A DNA stretch of 57,914 bases, taken from the NCBI RefSeq assembly GCF_001194135.2, contig NC_068986.1, forward strand, positions 47,288,916 to 47,346,829, read 5' to 3'. Made by a program: the position numbers and the translations under genes. Shown here piece after piece: positions 1 through 14,726 of the stretch (position 1 is its first letter; every line of letters starts with the position of its first letter). Under the pieces are notes generated by a model, which made no database searches, was not told the origin of the DNA, and saw only the letters and a program-made list of their open reading frames with translations. Origin of the DNA: Octopus bimaculoides (Eukaryota).

Positions 1-53
<53 letters not shown>

Positions 54-744
54 TGCTCACTCAGATAAAAAAATACACATGCACATTTACATACTCCTGA
101 CACACACACATTCACACATACACAGGTGTATATACATAAATATATCATTATCATCATCATCATCATCATTTAACATCCATGTTCAATCCTGATGTATGTG
201 TGTGTGTGTGTGTGTGTGTATTTTATGTTGGTAAGTATGTATGTATGTTAGTAAGTATATGTTTCATATGTGTGAATTTATGTACATATGTTTGTATGAA
301 CACTTTAAAAACTTTGAATGTTACACAGATTTCCAAAGCAACCCCAAACCAGCTGCTGGTGAAAATGATCAATAATTTTAGCAGAAAACCTCTATCTTAT
401 CACTACTCTGTTATGTTGTTGTCAGTGAACTGTGGAACAATGAAGAAGAGAGGTCAGCAAAGAGATCAGCAATTTTTCCATTTTTTTCCTTTTTTTTCTT
501 TTTGTTTTTCTAAGATCCATTTGGATTCTTTCTAAAACCTGCCAGATGGTTGTAAGATATCTGTGGGAGGCATGTGTTACTCTAATACTGACTTATTTTC
601 TGTTAACATTTCTTTTTTTAACATTTTGCTATTTAAGTGTCACAACATAGTAAACAGAACAGAAATTCACAAGAAATGAAATGTTGACATTTGTTCATAT
701 CAAGAAATCCTAGCAGAATTGTTAAACTTCAATGATATATAGTC

Positions 745-833
<89 letters not shown>

Positions 834-1469
834 TTTCTTTAATATCTAAATGTTTTTTTCTTTGGTATGAATTTTGTATTTATTTTGATGTTTATAACTC
901 CAACGTTCTTTTTTGAAATCTACACCGTCCCAGATTGGTTAACAACTGAACTTCATAGTATACCATCATTATTTTTGAATTAATTTGTATCATTTGCTTG
1001 ATCTCAACACCTTTAAGATGAACGGTTGTATATCATCTCATGCCTTTTCATCCTGCTTTACATGTTTTCATGAGTCAACTATGAAAATTGTATTTNNNNN
1101 NNNNNNNNNNNNNNNNNNNNNNNNNNNNNNNNNNNNNNNNNNNNNNNNNNNNNNNNNNNNNNNNNNNNNNNNNNNNNNNNNNNNNNNNNNNNNNNNNNNN
1201 NNNNNNNNNNNNNNNNNNNNNNNNNNNNNNNNNNNNNNNNNNNNNNNNNNNNNNNNNNNNNNNNNNNNNNNNNNNNNNNNNNNNNNNNNNNNNNNNNNNN
1301 NNNNNNNNNNNNNNNNNNNNNNNNNNNNNNNNNNNNNNNNNNNNNNNNNNNNNNNNNNNNNNNNNNNNNNNNNNNNNNNNNNNNNNNNNNNNNNNNNNNN
1401 NNNNNNNNNNNNNNNNNNNNNNNNNNNNNNNNNNNNNNNNNNNNNNNNNNNNNNNNNNNNNNNATACAA

Positions 1470-1548
1470 TACAGTCATGTTTCTACTTTGCGGATTTTCA
1501 CCAACTGCAGGGGGTTTTGAAATGTAACACCTGTGATAGTCGAGGAAT

Positions 1549-1553
<5 letters not shown>
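1470..1553. mobile_element. pogo/Tigger-like terminal inverted repeat remnant
   Basis: The reverse complement reads TA|tagtaattcctcgactatcacaggtgttacatttcaaaaccccctgca..ggtgaaaatccgcaaagtag, like CAGTA.TCCCTCG-type pogo ends. The partner end is not seen because of the upstream gap. Confidence 0.45.
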
Positions 1554-1584
<31 letters not shown>

Positions 1585-1637
1585 CACCCAGAACCACGCT
1601 AATAGCTTAGGAGGGAAATTCAGGATTTCTCGTTTTT

Positions 1638-1816
1638 CAAAGGGTCAGCCTTGTCACACTGTGTCACGCTGAATATCCCCGAGAACTACATTAAGAGTAC
1701 ACGTGTCTGTGGAGTGCTCAGCCACTTGCACATTAATTTCATGAGCAGGCTGTTCTGTTGATCGGATCAACTGGAACCCTCAATGCATAAGCGACGGAGT
1801 GCCAACAACAACAGCA
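1638..1816 (+). mobile_element. 3' half of SINE family D
   Basis: Highly similar to 25590-25756 (gggtcagccttgtcacactgtgtcacgctgaatatccc...ggagtgccaacaac). Confidence 0.85.
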
Positions 1817-2611
1817 ATATGTACATATGTACGTATGTACATATGTACGTATGTACATATAATATTTGAAATTGAGCTTTTGTAAGTTTCAGGCTTGCAA
1901 TAGTATTATAGTAAGCATGAAACTTATAGTATCTCAATCTTAAATCCTCTGTATATTAAATGATATTTATCTCTTGCTGAACGGAGTACTTTGTACATTT
2001 TCTTTTGTTAATCCCACCAATTCATGGAAGAATACACCATGTATGTATGTATGTATGTATACTCCTAGTGTTTTGAGAGTATATGTTCCACTGTGCCAAT
2101 AGCAGCCCACTGGCAAATTCATGAAGCATATATATTAAGTATACATGGTTAATGGTAAATATATATATATATATAAAATTTATGAAAGCACATTTCTCTC
2201 ACACACACACAAGCTCACAGTCATTAAATTTAATATATGCTAATTTAGCTATTTAGCTAATTAAAGTTTTAAGTCTGTTTTACATCAGTGTATGCATATC
2301 ATATAATACATACACTAACATGTAAAATATATATTTAACTGTTGCAGTTAATTTGGGGATAAAAATTATATTTAATTTGGATATGTTAATGAATTTCCAT
2401 AGATGTGTGGCACAAAAAAAGAAAAAGAATGAAGACTAGGTAAATTCAAAAGGAAACAAACAGGATGTATTGGGTTGCCACACAGGAAAACTGAAAGAAG
2501 TCTTAAACATTTTGAGCTTACACTCTTCTAGAAAGCATAGGTGAGGAGAGAGAAAAATAAAGAGAGAAGATCAAGCATGTCTCAATTAGATGGTCACTGC
2601 ATGATGTATAT

Positions 2612-3008
2612 TATTCTCTTTTACTCTTTTACTTGTTTCAGTCATTTGACTGCGGCCATGCTGGAGCACTGCCTTTAGTCGAATCAAATCGACCCCAGGA
2701 CTTATTCTTTGTAAGCCTAGTACTTATTCTATTGGTCTCTTTTTGCTGAACCGCTAAGTTACGGGGACATAAACACACCAGCATCGGATGTCAAGCGATG
2801 GTGGGGGGACAAACACAGATACACAACATATACACATGCATACATATATACGACGGGCTTCTTTCAGTTTCCGTCTACCAAATCCACTCACAAGGCTTTG
2901 GTCGGCCTGAGGCTATAGTAGAAGACACTCGCCCAAGTTGCCACACAGTGGGACTGAACCTGGAACCATGTGGTTGGTAAGCAAGCTACTTACCACACAG
3001 CCACTCCT
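2612..3008 (-). mobile_element. Near full-length tRNA-derived SINE (family A)
   Basis: The minus-strand head has A box TGGCTGTGTGG and B box GGTTCAGTCCC, with an internal microsatellite and an AAAAGAGT-type tail. Many homologous copies lie in the window. Confidence 0.9.
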
Positions 3009-5274
3009 ATCCCTGATTAACATTAAACTATCTATTTCTGATGAAAATATGGCAAATAAAGTATCAATTTACTGCTAAATTTGCTATTGCATTGATCAAA
3101 TTTGATTCCTAAGCATTCACAAAATAAAGGATTATGATTTTTGTTTATAAATCATGACATTAAATCCATGGTATGAATGATGTGTGAAAATATCTCTTAT
3201 TTCCATGTGTATTAAAACCATTATCTGTATAAATTGGTGCAATATGAACATATTGTTAGGTGCTTGAGTTGAGGTGCACTAAGAGATTATTTTCATGCTC
3301 ATGAAGGTAGTTCAACTGTAATGGAGCAGATATTACCCGAGGGTGTGTTCCAGCCAAGGCAAAGTAAAAGAAAAATATAACATAAAAACAGAACAAAATC
3401 TCTCTCTCTCTCTCTCTCTTTCCCCCTCTCCCCCTTTTCTCTCTCTCTGTCACACTTTTTGGACATTTATCAACAATGCAGAATGACCAAATGATGTTTT
3501 CAAGTGACTTCACTTAGCAATAGATGATATCTTCAACAGATTACTGAAAAATGACTTTTAGTAAAGCTTGACCACAACAATTAATCTGTGTTTAAGTGAT
3601 GTAAGGGATGAAATTATTCTAGACAGATGAATAAGATTTCAACTGGTGAGATCTCCAAGACCATATAAAAGACAGTAATATCATCATCATCATCATCATC
3701 ATCATCATTATCGTCGTTGACGTCGTCATCATCATCATCGTCATCATCGTCGTCATCAGCATTGTTTTAATGTCTACGTTTCAATGCTTGTATTAGTCAG
3801 GCAGAATTTGTTGAGGTGGATTTTTCTATGACTGGATGCCCTTCCTGTTGTCAACCCTCACTTGTTTCCAAGGAAGGTAATATCTCTCCATGGCCAGACA
3901 TGTTTCCTCGGAAGACTGGAAATAAAGGACACTGCTTGCACGATAGTGACTCACATCTGTCAAGCAAAGTCAAGGGAAGACAATAGCACATATACATAAA
4001 TGCACACGCATGGACAAACATTTTTGTCACTGTCCTCAATGTTCACTCACTGTTTCCAGCAGTTTTTCACTGCTGATGCCACCAAGGGATGAGCTTGTCC
4101 ATATCTTGTGTGTGTATTTTGCATTCATTCCTTTGCTGTGCTTCCGTTTATGTTACACACACACACACACAATGAACTTCTTTCAGTGTCTGCCTATTAT
4201 ATCCACTCACAAAGTTTTGGTTGAACATGTGCTATAGTTCCTTCACCAAGGTGCCATGCAGGGAGATTTAAACTGAAACCACATGATTGAGAAGCAAACT
4301 TTTTATCAGCCAGCCAGCCAGCCATTCCTGTCCTTATTATAGTTCTGCATAAAGTAAATTTTCTTTCTAAGAACATTACGTTGCAATTGGACCATCTTGT
4401 ATTTTTAGCTTTTGGTTTTAATAACTAAAGGGTCTTGAAATATCTTTGAGAACACTTTCAACAATTTAAGCTTGTGTTAGACTTTTAAAGAAATAATCTC
4501 ATTTACTAGTTAACAATGATAAACATTATCCACATTTAAGTACATAACTTCTTTCCTCTACTGTCTGCATAGATTTACAAGCACATAGATTTACAAGGGT
4601 AGGACCCAATTGTTTTATTGATCTCGTTTTACAATAAACTTCTTAAATGATAACAAATAAATGGACATGTTTCTCCTTTTTTTCCATGTTAGAGTCAAGT
4701 TCTAAACATTAAAAAATAAAGACTTACGCTTTGGTTTTGTAACGATCAGAAAAATGAAATAATGGTGGAGAAAATAAGGTGCTGAGCCACCAACTTATTG
4801 AAATTAGCTGAAACCTTTCTGCTATATTTTTGAGCAGGACATTTAATTCTATTTTTTTATCTGTGTACATAGACTTAATATTATGAGTGTTCCTATTTTC
4901 AACTACTCATTACACTTTTGCATTTATCACATCGGAAGTTATAAATTTTTTTTTACACAGTTAGACCTCATTTCTCAGAACAGCTTGGACAAGGAATATT
5001 TTGTTCAGTTAACTGATTGTTTATTAACATATCTGATTGTAAAATGAAGAAGCTTTACTAGACATCATCACATATATATATCTTGATCTTATGATATTTA
5101 CTTTGTATTATATTATACTTATTTATTGTACTTTTAATTATAAATTTTTTCTATGTGTGACAGTGGATTTTCATCGCTGAGTTCATAAACCTTGGTTCTT
5201 TTCCCTAATACTATATATTTATATATATATATATATATATATNNNNNNNNNNNNNNNNNNNNNNNNNNNNNNNN

Positions 5275-5311
<37 letters not shown>

Positions 5312-8300
5312 AAAGTATGTTTATGAAGATTTTATGTGTTCTACAATGTTGTACTCTTGTGCAATGGTTGAAACCTTTTTACCACTATCCAAATACTGTT
5401 TTGTCACTGGTATTTCTTTTTCTTCCCAGACAACGATAACAACAAACTCAGTTACTTTTGACTAACCTGTACTTGGAGCTCAGTCATTGAGTGATAAAGT
5501 CACCACCGATTTTTCTATGCTTATAAATCCTTCAGTATGTCAGGTATTTTTATGTACTAAAATTATTTTAAGAAAGAAAAAATTTAAAAAGTATGTTTTT
5601 TACTCTTTGATGCAAATTCCTCAACTTAATTTAGCTTAACCTAGGAGAGATTGTCTCCCCATAATGTTTGATGGTAAGTTACAGCAAGAGGACACCATTT
5701 GTTATTTTAATACTGTTTAGAGTAACTAACTGAGACCAAACTAGAGGATTGACTATCATGTAGTACTTTTGATAATTGTAAATTAAAGATATGATCATGA
5801 TACCACCGATACCATATTTTCTTATTTTTTGGCTTAAAAGTCAACTGTAGTGTAGACATTCAAAAATCATCACTCTCTATCCAAACCCTGCAGCATTTCA
5901 CATTGAATTTTTGGTCCTCCAAAGTTGTCTTGGATTATAAGTTGACCTATTTCTTTTGGTTGTAAATTTGGGTTTGAAAAATTCAACATATATGCCAGAA
6001 AATAAGGTAATAATCCCCTTTCTTGATGTAACATTTCCATATGATCTTCAGTAATTTGATATCGATCTTAATGCTTGCAAACAAAAGATGAAAGAGTACT
6101 GCCATCGTTATTATCAAGATCAGGTTACACACAGTATGGCTAATTAGTTATATTTAAGACTTTGAGCTTTTAAATTGATATTCTGAACCTGAATAAAAGA
6201 TGTTCAGATATCGGTTTGGCTATACTTAGTTTAGTCAAAAGAGTTTAGTTCAAGTTTCCTGAACTGGGCGATGACTCCGAAATTCTGTATCTAAATTGAT
6301 TAATTCAACTAGGAAGTCAGAGATTAAATTGACCAGTTTAACAAAAGTATATCAAAAACTTTTCAGGTCTTCATTGTCTTAGGATCACTAACCACTCTCT
6401 CTTCTGTTGTCCCTCAGTTATAGGGGGTCACTTTAGAGCCTTAACCTTGCAAGTTACAAATCAATCATCACTAGTGCTGTGCTTGTGCCACAAAGCAAAG
6501 CAAAGCAAAAACAAAAGAACAAACTGTATACTCTGAAAAGTGGTTGGTATTTAGAAGAGCATCCAACCATAGAAACCATGCTCAAAATGGATATTGGTGC
6601 ATGATATAGTCATTTGACTTATTATACCCTGTCAAACCATCCAGCCCATGCCAGCATGGAAGCTGGGCATTAAAGAATGTTGGTCATGATGATGATAACG
6701 ATGACAACAACAACAACAATGATGATGATGATGATGATGGTTACAAGATTGTATCGGTTAGCTGAGTATGTTTGAGATGTGATGGCATGGTTTGTGGGGA
6801 AAGTGAGAAACAATTCTTCATGCACTTGAGACTGCTGGTTAAACACTTCCAGTGTTCAGGAAAGATTTAGTTCCTAACTGAATCCATAGTAAGGATTTTT
6901 ATATAAAAATTATGATCCATATATTGTATATCTATTTTTTACTTAATTTAAAATTTTTAAAATTCTTCTTTGGTCTGTTATGATTTTCTTACTCCTATCC
7001 ATGTGGCAAATACAGAAAGACTTATTATTATTATTAATAGAAGAAATGGTAGAATGCTGTTGAATTAAATACTTTGCTGCTTATATATGTTTATAATCAT
7101 TTTTTTTCCCATTCTGATTTCAATTCCTGTTGAACATTGACTTTAGCCTTTATCTATTTTTAAGGCTGATAAAAATAAATAAGAGACAGTTCACTCAAAC
7201 ATACCTTACTCTTAACAATTTAGTTCATATGCTAATGTGAGAAATCATATTCTTCCTCATTGTCATCAATATCATCATCACCATCGTCGTCATCATCGTC
7301 GTCGTCGTCATCATCGTCATCATCATCATCATCATCATCACCATCATCATCACTTTTATTACTATTGAAAGGTACAAGGGCCAAACAGATAATACTCAAC
7401 ACTTAGCTTCTAAACTCTGAGATTGTGCAAGTGAATCTATTCTTCTATTTCCCTTCTAAAGACACAGTTCTACTAGCTCAAGGCATTATTGCATCCATTT
7501 AACACCTATTTAACAATTTCACCTTTTTTTTCTTTCCTTTTCGTCATCATCATTACTAGTGTTGCAATTATTGTTGTTCATAATAACAGAAGTCAATAGT
7601 AATAGTCAGTGGTGGTCATTATAATATCTCCTTAATCCTGATTAAATTAATTTTTCATTCCGGTGGCAATAACATAGTGTGTAGAGGTAAATTCCCAATG
7701 TGCTGAATTCTTGACCTGGGTTTATTCCCTGGATGCAATCAATTCAATTCACTTATGCTAATATTAATTCAGTATGCTAATGTTCTTGGGAAAGCCATGA
7801 ATGTAACAACATGACATTTTCCCTTTCCTAACAGTTTCAGGTCTGGTACTTGTGTAAGAAATGAATATGAAATTATATTTTTGATATCTTATTCCATGTT
7901 TTTTTTCCAGACATTATTCCATATCTTTTCATGTCTTTTTTCCTGTTTTCTAAAGGAATTACTGAATTTAAATTTGCCCAGATTTTTTTTTTTTAGTTTT
8001 TTTTTTTTAGTTTTTGACAAAACCACAGACAGCAGTGTCAATGTATCTATGAATATACAGGAACAGTGAAACAGATTTGGGCAAACCGGTAGAAAAATAC
8101 CTCACGTATATCTAAAGTGTCTAACTTGCAATTTCTCTTACTCTCACTAATCCACTAATCCGATAAGCTTTAAACAACAGTCAAAACAAACAAATAAATT
8201 TGTAAAGTAATTGCTTCTCTCCTGAAATAGCACTGTTTTGGCTCATGCCAATATCTCAGAACATATTTGGAATGCCTGACGTGTTGTTGACATTCATTTT

Positions 8301-8704
8301 GTTGACACCTGTGGACATGTTATTTTTGAAGTTCATTTTAAGTGCTGTAAAACAAACAATTTTTTTACATGTCTATGTTTTAAAGATGAGTTATTACTTG
8401 AATAATTTAGGTCTTTCAAACTATTAGTGTCATCCAAATGACTGTTACACTGTAAATAAGAATATTGAAACCCTGCTTTATGAATAAAGATTCGTAGATT
8501 AAGTCCAAATAGAGGATAGGCATATATGTTGTTGTTGTTGTTGTTGCTGCTGTTTTTGTTCTTGTTACTGTTCTCATTTGTTTATTTTCAGGTTAGCTCT
8601 GACTGTATGGACTTATGATCAAAACATTCCAGCCATGACCATTCCATGTTTTTTGAGGGATAGTGTATCTAAGACTACATTATCTAGTGTGTCCTTTCTT
8701 TTAA

Positions 8705-8925
8705 CCCTTTCGTTACCAACCCGGCTAAAACCAACTCTGGCTCTGTAGTACAAATGTCTTGTTTTCATAAGTTTTGAATTGAAATCTTCCACCAAACCTT
8801 AGTCACAATTTATATTCCTAACACTAGCTGAATGATAACTAAGTTATTTTACTAAATTCTTTGTTATATTTAAAGTAATTGTAAGAAACACAGAGCATCT
8901 CAAAATAAATACAGTAACGAAAGGG
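8705..8925. mobile_element. piggyBac-type MITE with TTAA target duplication
   Basis: TTAA-CCCTTTCGTTAC ... GTAACGAAAGGG-TTAA: perfect 12-bp TIRs, TTAA at 8701-8704 and 8926-8929. Confidence 0.9.
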
Positions 8926-9247
8926 TTAAAGTGATAGAGCATGTTATGAGCACAATTTTGTTTGCTACTTCTAGCCAGGCCACTGACCATGTAGTGAGTT
9001 CTCTATTGATTTATATGAATTGTATGGAGATGATGAGTGATGATAAGATGAAATGTTGCATATATGTAGACTAAGAGTGAAATTAAGACGACAGAAAATT
9101 TAAGCTGCTTTTTTTTTAATTAAAATTTATTGGCAACACCAGTCTTGGGGTACCATAGATTTTAAAAAATTATAACTTAAAATTGAATATAAGACCTCAT
9201 CATTGTAGAATAAACTTCTTACCACCAAGCCATACTTGTGTATATAT

Positions 9248-9285
<38 letters not shown>

Positions 9286-9327
9286 ACACACACAGACACA
9301 CACACACACACACACATATAGAGATAA

Positions 9328-9370
<43 letters not shown>

Positions 9371-9582
9371 TAGTAATAATCCTTTCTACTATGGAATTTT
9401 GGGGGAAGGAGCTGGTGGATTATATCATCCTCATTGCTTGGCTGGTACTTATTTCATCAATCTGTAAAGGATGGAAAGCAAAGTTGACATCAGAATTTGA
9501 ACTCATAACATAAAGATGGACACAATGCTGCTAAGCATTTATCTAGCATGCTAATGGTTCTGCCAGTTCACCACCTTAATAT

Positions 9583-9619
<37 letters not shown>

Positions 9620-9621
<2 letters not shown>

Positions 9622-9770
9622 GCTGTGTGGTAAGAAGCTTGCTTCCCTACTTTATGGTAATGGGTTCAGTTCCACTGTGTGACACATTGGACAAGTGTCT
9701 TCTACTATAGCCTCAGACCACCCAAAGCTTTGTGAGTGGATTTGGTAGACAGAAACTGAAAAAGCCTGTC

Positions 9771-9807
<37 letters not shown>

Positions 9808-10013
9808 GTGTCTGTGTTTGTCCATCCACCATCACTTGACAACTGGTGTTAGTGTGTTTGCTTCCCCATAACTTAGTGGTTTGGTAAAAGAGACCGATAG
9901 AATAAGTAGTAGGCTTACAAAACATAAGTCCTGAGGTCGATTTGTTTGACTAAAGGTAGTACTCCAGCATGGCTGCTGTCAAATGACTCAAACAAGTAAA
10001 AGAATAAAAGAAT
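9620..10013 (+). mobile_element. SINE family A, near full length
   Basis: Colinear with the reverse complement of 2612-3008: tRNA head, internal (TA)n, tail aaacaagtaaaagaataaaagaat. Confidence 0.88.
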
Positions 10014-10030
10014 ATATATATATATATATA

Positions 10031-10197
10031 TCATCATCATCATCATCATTGTTTAATGTCCGCTTTCCATGCTAGCATAGGTTGGATGATTTGACTGAGG
10101 ACTGGCAAGCCAGAAGGCTGCACCAGGCTCCAATCTGATCTGGCAGAGTTTCTACAGCTGGATGCCCTCACTAATGCCAACCACTCCGAGAGTGTAA
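10031..10197 (-). mobile_element. SINE family B 3' part
   Basis: High-similarity match to 32696-32860. Confidence 0.82.
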
Positions 10198-10553
10198 TAT
10201 ACATAGTAATAATAAACTCAGAAAATGTAATAGAGATTTTTAAGCTTCATATAACATATACAAAACAATATTTATTATTTTTTGCTGGTAATACCCAGAA
10301 ATTGAGTATAGTGTAATTGTAGAGTGTAATAGAGGAAATAGGCTTACGTAATGACAACACTCAAATTTTTAGAAACATGTGTTATGTCTGCTTATTATTA
10401 CTATAGCACGACTCAAATCCTGCACATTATCTTATCCAGAGATATGATTATAGCCAAACTATCTAACCAAGCCCAAAACTTTTGATGTGTCACACTTCCT
10501 AGTGTTTTTTTTTCTTATATTACACACATGTGCAAACACAAATACACATATAT

Positions 10554-10596
<43 letters not shown>

Positions 10597-10686
10597 TATA
10601 AATCTAAATATATATATATATATNNNNNNNNNNNNNNNNNNNNNNNNNNNNNNNNNNNNNNNNNNNNNNNNNNNNNNNNNNNNNNN

Positions 10687-10737
<51 letters not shown>

Positions 10738-10800
10738 CATATATGCACCGTTCTGTTATTGGCAAAAGCAACAAAATAGTGCTTGTCTAATGAGAGATAA

Positions 10801-11452
10801 ATATTAAATCTTATAGCTAAAATTAGTAATAGGATGTCTAATTGTTCCTGTCCTAAGGAAATATTCAATAAGGCAATCCCCTACTATGCCCTAGCTAACA
10901 GTGGTTTCAAAGAGAAAATGGGTTACATCCCTACCATAAAAAGCATGAAGCCTAAAAATGGATCTAGGAAGATTATATTTGGCTACCACCTTTTACTTTG
11001 AATTTTAAGAATAGATAAGCCTTTCCTGGATAGCCATAGGTATAATACAATTTTTAATAGATGTTCAGTGAAAGCTTCTTCCAAATGTCGACAACATTAT
11101 TACACTTAAGTCACACCAGGAGATTACACCAAAATGTAACTGTAGAGATCCAGACGCTTGCCCTCTTGACCAGGCATGCATGGTTAGCTCAGTGATTTAT
11201 GAAGTTGAGGTCACATGTGTTTTATAAAGTAGCAAAGCTAAAAAAACAAATAGCATATTGCTTTATATGAAAGTGACTAATAATAATAAAAAGCCTTACC
11301 ACCATACTTCTTTCTAGTGTGTAGACAAGAATAAAACCACTAAGTCAACAAGATATATCTAGGACCTGAAGGCCAACAATATACCTCATACCATCAAGCG
11401 GAGCATTGCAGAACAGTCCATGCCATATGTTAATGGATTAAAGAGGTGCAGG
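10801..11452 (+). mobile_element. Decayed Penelope-like element fragment (RT thumb + GIY-YIG)
   Basis: Reads ISNRMSNCSCPKEIFNKAIPYYALANSGFKEKMGY...RKII(W)LPPFTLN...IFNRCSVK...CNCRDPDACPLDQACMVSSVIYEVEVT...YI*DLKANNIPHTIK.SI...YVNGLKRC, with frameshifts and stops. Confidence 0.88.
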
Positions 11453-11774
11453 TTTTGTATAGTTGAATGAAATATCTTTTTTAATTCTAAGAAATCCACT
11501 AGAGCTGAATTAATTTGAGGTAGATTTTCTATGGCCAGACATGTTCTTGCAGAATATATGAAATGAATGACACTGATTATAGGACAGTGGCATCATTTAC
11601 AATTATCATGCAATGTCAAGATCTAGAACTATGTAGTTGGGAAGCAAAATCCTTACCACATATCCATACACACACACGCACACACATGTATATGTATGTA
11701 TGCATTTGTTTGTATTTATACACGCACACGCACACACATATATATGTATGTATGTATGTATGTATATGTATATA

Positions 11775-12498
11775 TGTGGATGGATCAAAACAGTTTGGTT
11801 CAAATTCATTGGTACTCTTGAGTTTCAGGCATTATGCTAGTCATCAGCCATTTTAAATATGAATGATAGAAGTTGATTGCTATTACTGTAAAGTTGGCTG
11901 CAATTGGTTGAGGAGGATCACGCGGTCTCATGGTTTGATGTTGGTATATGGGTAACTGCTAGTTGGAAAATACCGCATGGTGAACAGGATATTGACCATG
12001 TGGAGGGCAGGAAATAGACCGCATGGTGATTAGTAAATCAGTCAGGTTGTTGGAGGTGAAATGGAAAGGGGTGACATGTGCAAGTGCATAGTTTTATATA
12101 GTTATATGGGAGTGCAGATGTGCTTATATGGTTTTGCATGCATGAGTATATTAATACAAGCATGCACATCTGTACATATAGAACTATATACTTGCACATG
12201 CTGCCCCTTCCTACTTCATCCCAACAAACTGACTGATTTTCTAATTGCCATGTGGTCTATTTCCTCTCCTCCACATGGTCAATTTCCTGTTCACCATAGA
12301 GTATTTTCCAACTAATTGTTACCCATATACCAACATCAAACCATGACACCACGTGACCTTCCTTGAACAATCTTAGTCCATCTTACAGTAATAACAATCA
12401 ACTTCTGTCGTTCAAATTCAAAATGGCTGATGGCTAGCATCACTCTTCAAACTCAAGAGTACAATGATCTTCAATCAAACTGCTTGATCCATACATGT
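11775..12498. mobile_element. Foldback / palindromic non-autonomous DNA element (~720 bp)
   Basis: 11780-12070 aligns to the reverse complement of 12205-12492 (for example catggtttgatgttggtatatgggtaac on both arms, roughly 80% by eye). The central 130 bp is also quasi-palindromic. Confidence 0.85.
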
Positions 12499-13072
12499 AA
12501 CTCCCAATAAATTTGTTGAGTGCTCTTCTTTCATTTGTCCACTCACTCGTGTGTGTGTGTATATATATATATATATNNNNNNNNNNNNNNNNNNNNNNNN
12601 NNNNNNNNNNNNNNNNNNNNNNNNNNNNNNNNNNNNNNNNNNNNNNNNNNNNNNNNNNNNNNNNNNNNNNNNNNNNNNNNNNNNNNNNNNNNNNNNNNNN
12701 NNNNNNNNNNNNNNNNNNNNNNNNNNNNNNNNNNNNNNNNNNNNNNNNNNNNNNNNNNNNNNNNNNNNNNNNNNNNNNNNNNNNNNNNNNNNNNNNNNNN
12801 NNNNNNNNNNNNNNNNNNNNNNNNNNNNNNNNNNNNNNTCATATATTAATTAATATCGATTAATTATCAGGAGGCCAGCACATGTAAAGAATCAAAGAGA
12901 TTCAGAAATATTATCTGCAATTTCAGGGGATTAAGGTACATTTAAAAAAAATAACGTCGACCACTAACGTGGACAAGATAGATAGATAGATTGATAGATA
13001 TAGGTAGGGAGATAGACAGATAGATTAGATATACACAGAAGCATGCATACATATATATTGTCAGTACATATA

Positions 13073-13103
<31 letters not shown>

Positions 13104-13104
13104 T

Positions 13105-13332
13105 CTTTTTTTCTATTATTTGTTTCAGTCATTTGACTGCAGCTGTGCTAGGGTACCACCTTGAAGTGTTTTAGTTGAACAAACTGACTCTAGGATTTAT
13201 TTTTTTAAAGCCTAGTACTTATTCTATCAATCTCTTTTACTGAACTGCTAAGTTACAGAGATGTAAACACATTACCATGAGTTGTCAAGTGGTGGATGGG
13301 GAAGAATATAGATACAGAGACACATGCTCATA

Positions 13333-13373
<41 letters not shown>

Positions 13374-13518
13374 GATAAGCTTCTTTCAGTTTCCATCTAT
13401 AAAATCCACTCACAAGGCTGGCTTTGGTTGGCCCGAGGCTATAGTAGAAGACACTTCATGAAGGTGCCATACAGTGAAACCGAACCTGGAACCATGTGGT
13501 TGAGAAGAAGGCTTCTTA
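13105..13518 (-). mobile_element. SINE family A
   Basis: Colinear with 2612-3008, with an internal (CA)n. Confidence 0.82.
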
Positions 13519-14533
13519 TATATATATATATATATATATATATNNNNNNNNNNNNNNNNNNNNNNNNNNNNNNNNNNNNNNNNNNNNNNNNNNNNNNNNN
13601 NNNNNNNNNNNNNNNNNNNNNNNNNNNNNNNNNNNNNNNNNNNNNNNNNNNNNNNNNNNNNNNNNNNNNNNNNNNNNNNNNNNNNNNNNNNNNNNNNNNN
13701 NNNNNNNNNNNNNNNNNNNNNNNNNNNNNNNNNNNNNNNNNNNNNNNNNNNNNNNNNNNNNNNNNNNNNNNNNNNNNNNNNNNNNNNNNNNNNNNNNNNN
13801 NNNNNNNNNNNNNNNNNNNNNNNNNNNNNNNNNNNNNNNNNNNNNNNNNNNNNNNNNNNNNNNNNNNNNNNNNNNNNNNNNNNNNNNNNNNNNNNNNNNN
13901 NNNNNNNNNNNNNNNNNNNNNNNNNNNNNCACACACACACACACACACAGAAGTACATAAATCATACCTTACACCTCTTTTGCTGTCACTCTAGTTCTCT
14001 GTGCAGCATACACCTATAACTATTTGCAGACGTACATATACTACTGTCTATTGTGATGGATGCAAACCCTCTTTCCTTTTTTTCTTTCTCCTTCCTTCTT
14101 TGTACCTTCCTTTCTTTTCTCATTTACACACACACACATACACACACACACTCTCTCTCTCTCTCTCTCTCTCTCTTTCTATACTTTACTGTCAAAGAGT
14201 TATGTACTTTTCCTAGCAACCAGATAAATTGTACATATAAAAAATCCAAAACATAGACGGAGGACCATAAATAAACAAAAAGATAGCTATGCAAAAAGTA
14301 TTAATTTGTTCTGTATGTACGTCCACCCTCCCCATCACTTTTTTTTCTCACATACTATAATTTACTATAGATATAAACATTATCATGCTCACCATGACTA
14401 AAGGTACTCCTGGCAAAGTTATTGATATATCTCTTTCTCCCTGTTCTTTTTCCCTGGCACAATCTGTCCTTGTGCATGAAAGCATATGTATGCCATGTGC
14501 CTGCATGCGTATGTCCATCAATTTGTCTGTCCA

Positions 14534-14566
<33 letters not shown>

Positions 14567-14726
14567 TATTTTTCTATGTGTGTGTGTGTGTGTGAAATAA
14601 CAACTGAGCATTTATTGTTTGTGTGATTCTACACTGATAGCAGAGTCAATTTTATTGTGAAGATCAAAGATCAAGTTGATTGCAACTTAGCTTTGTGTGT
14701 ATGTATGATTGTGTGTGTGTGTGTGT

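Noticed and set aside
5430-5543. Exon-like segment with good acceptor and donor
   Set aside because: It has stops in all three frames, and such signals arise by chance in AT-rich DNA; it cannot be supported without RNA data.
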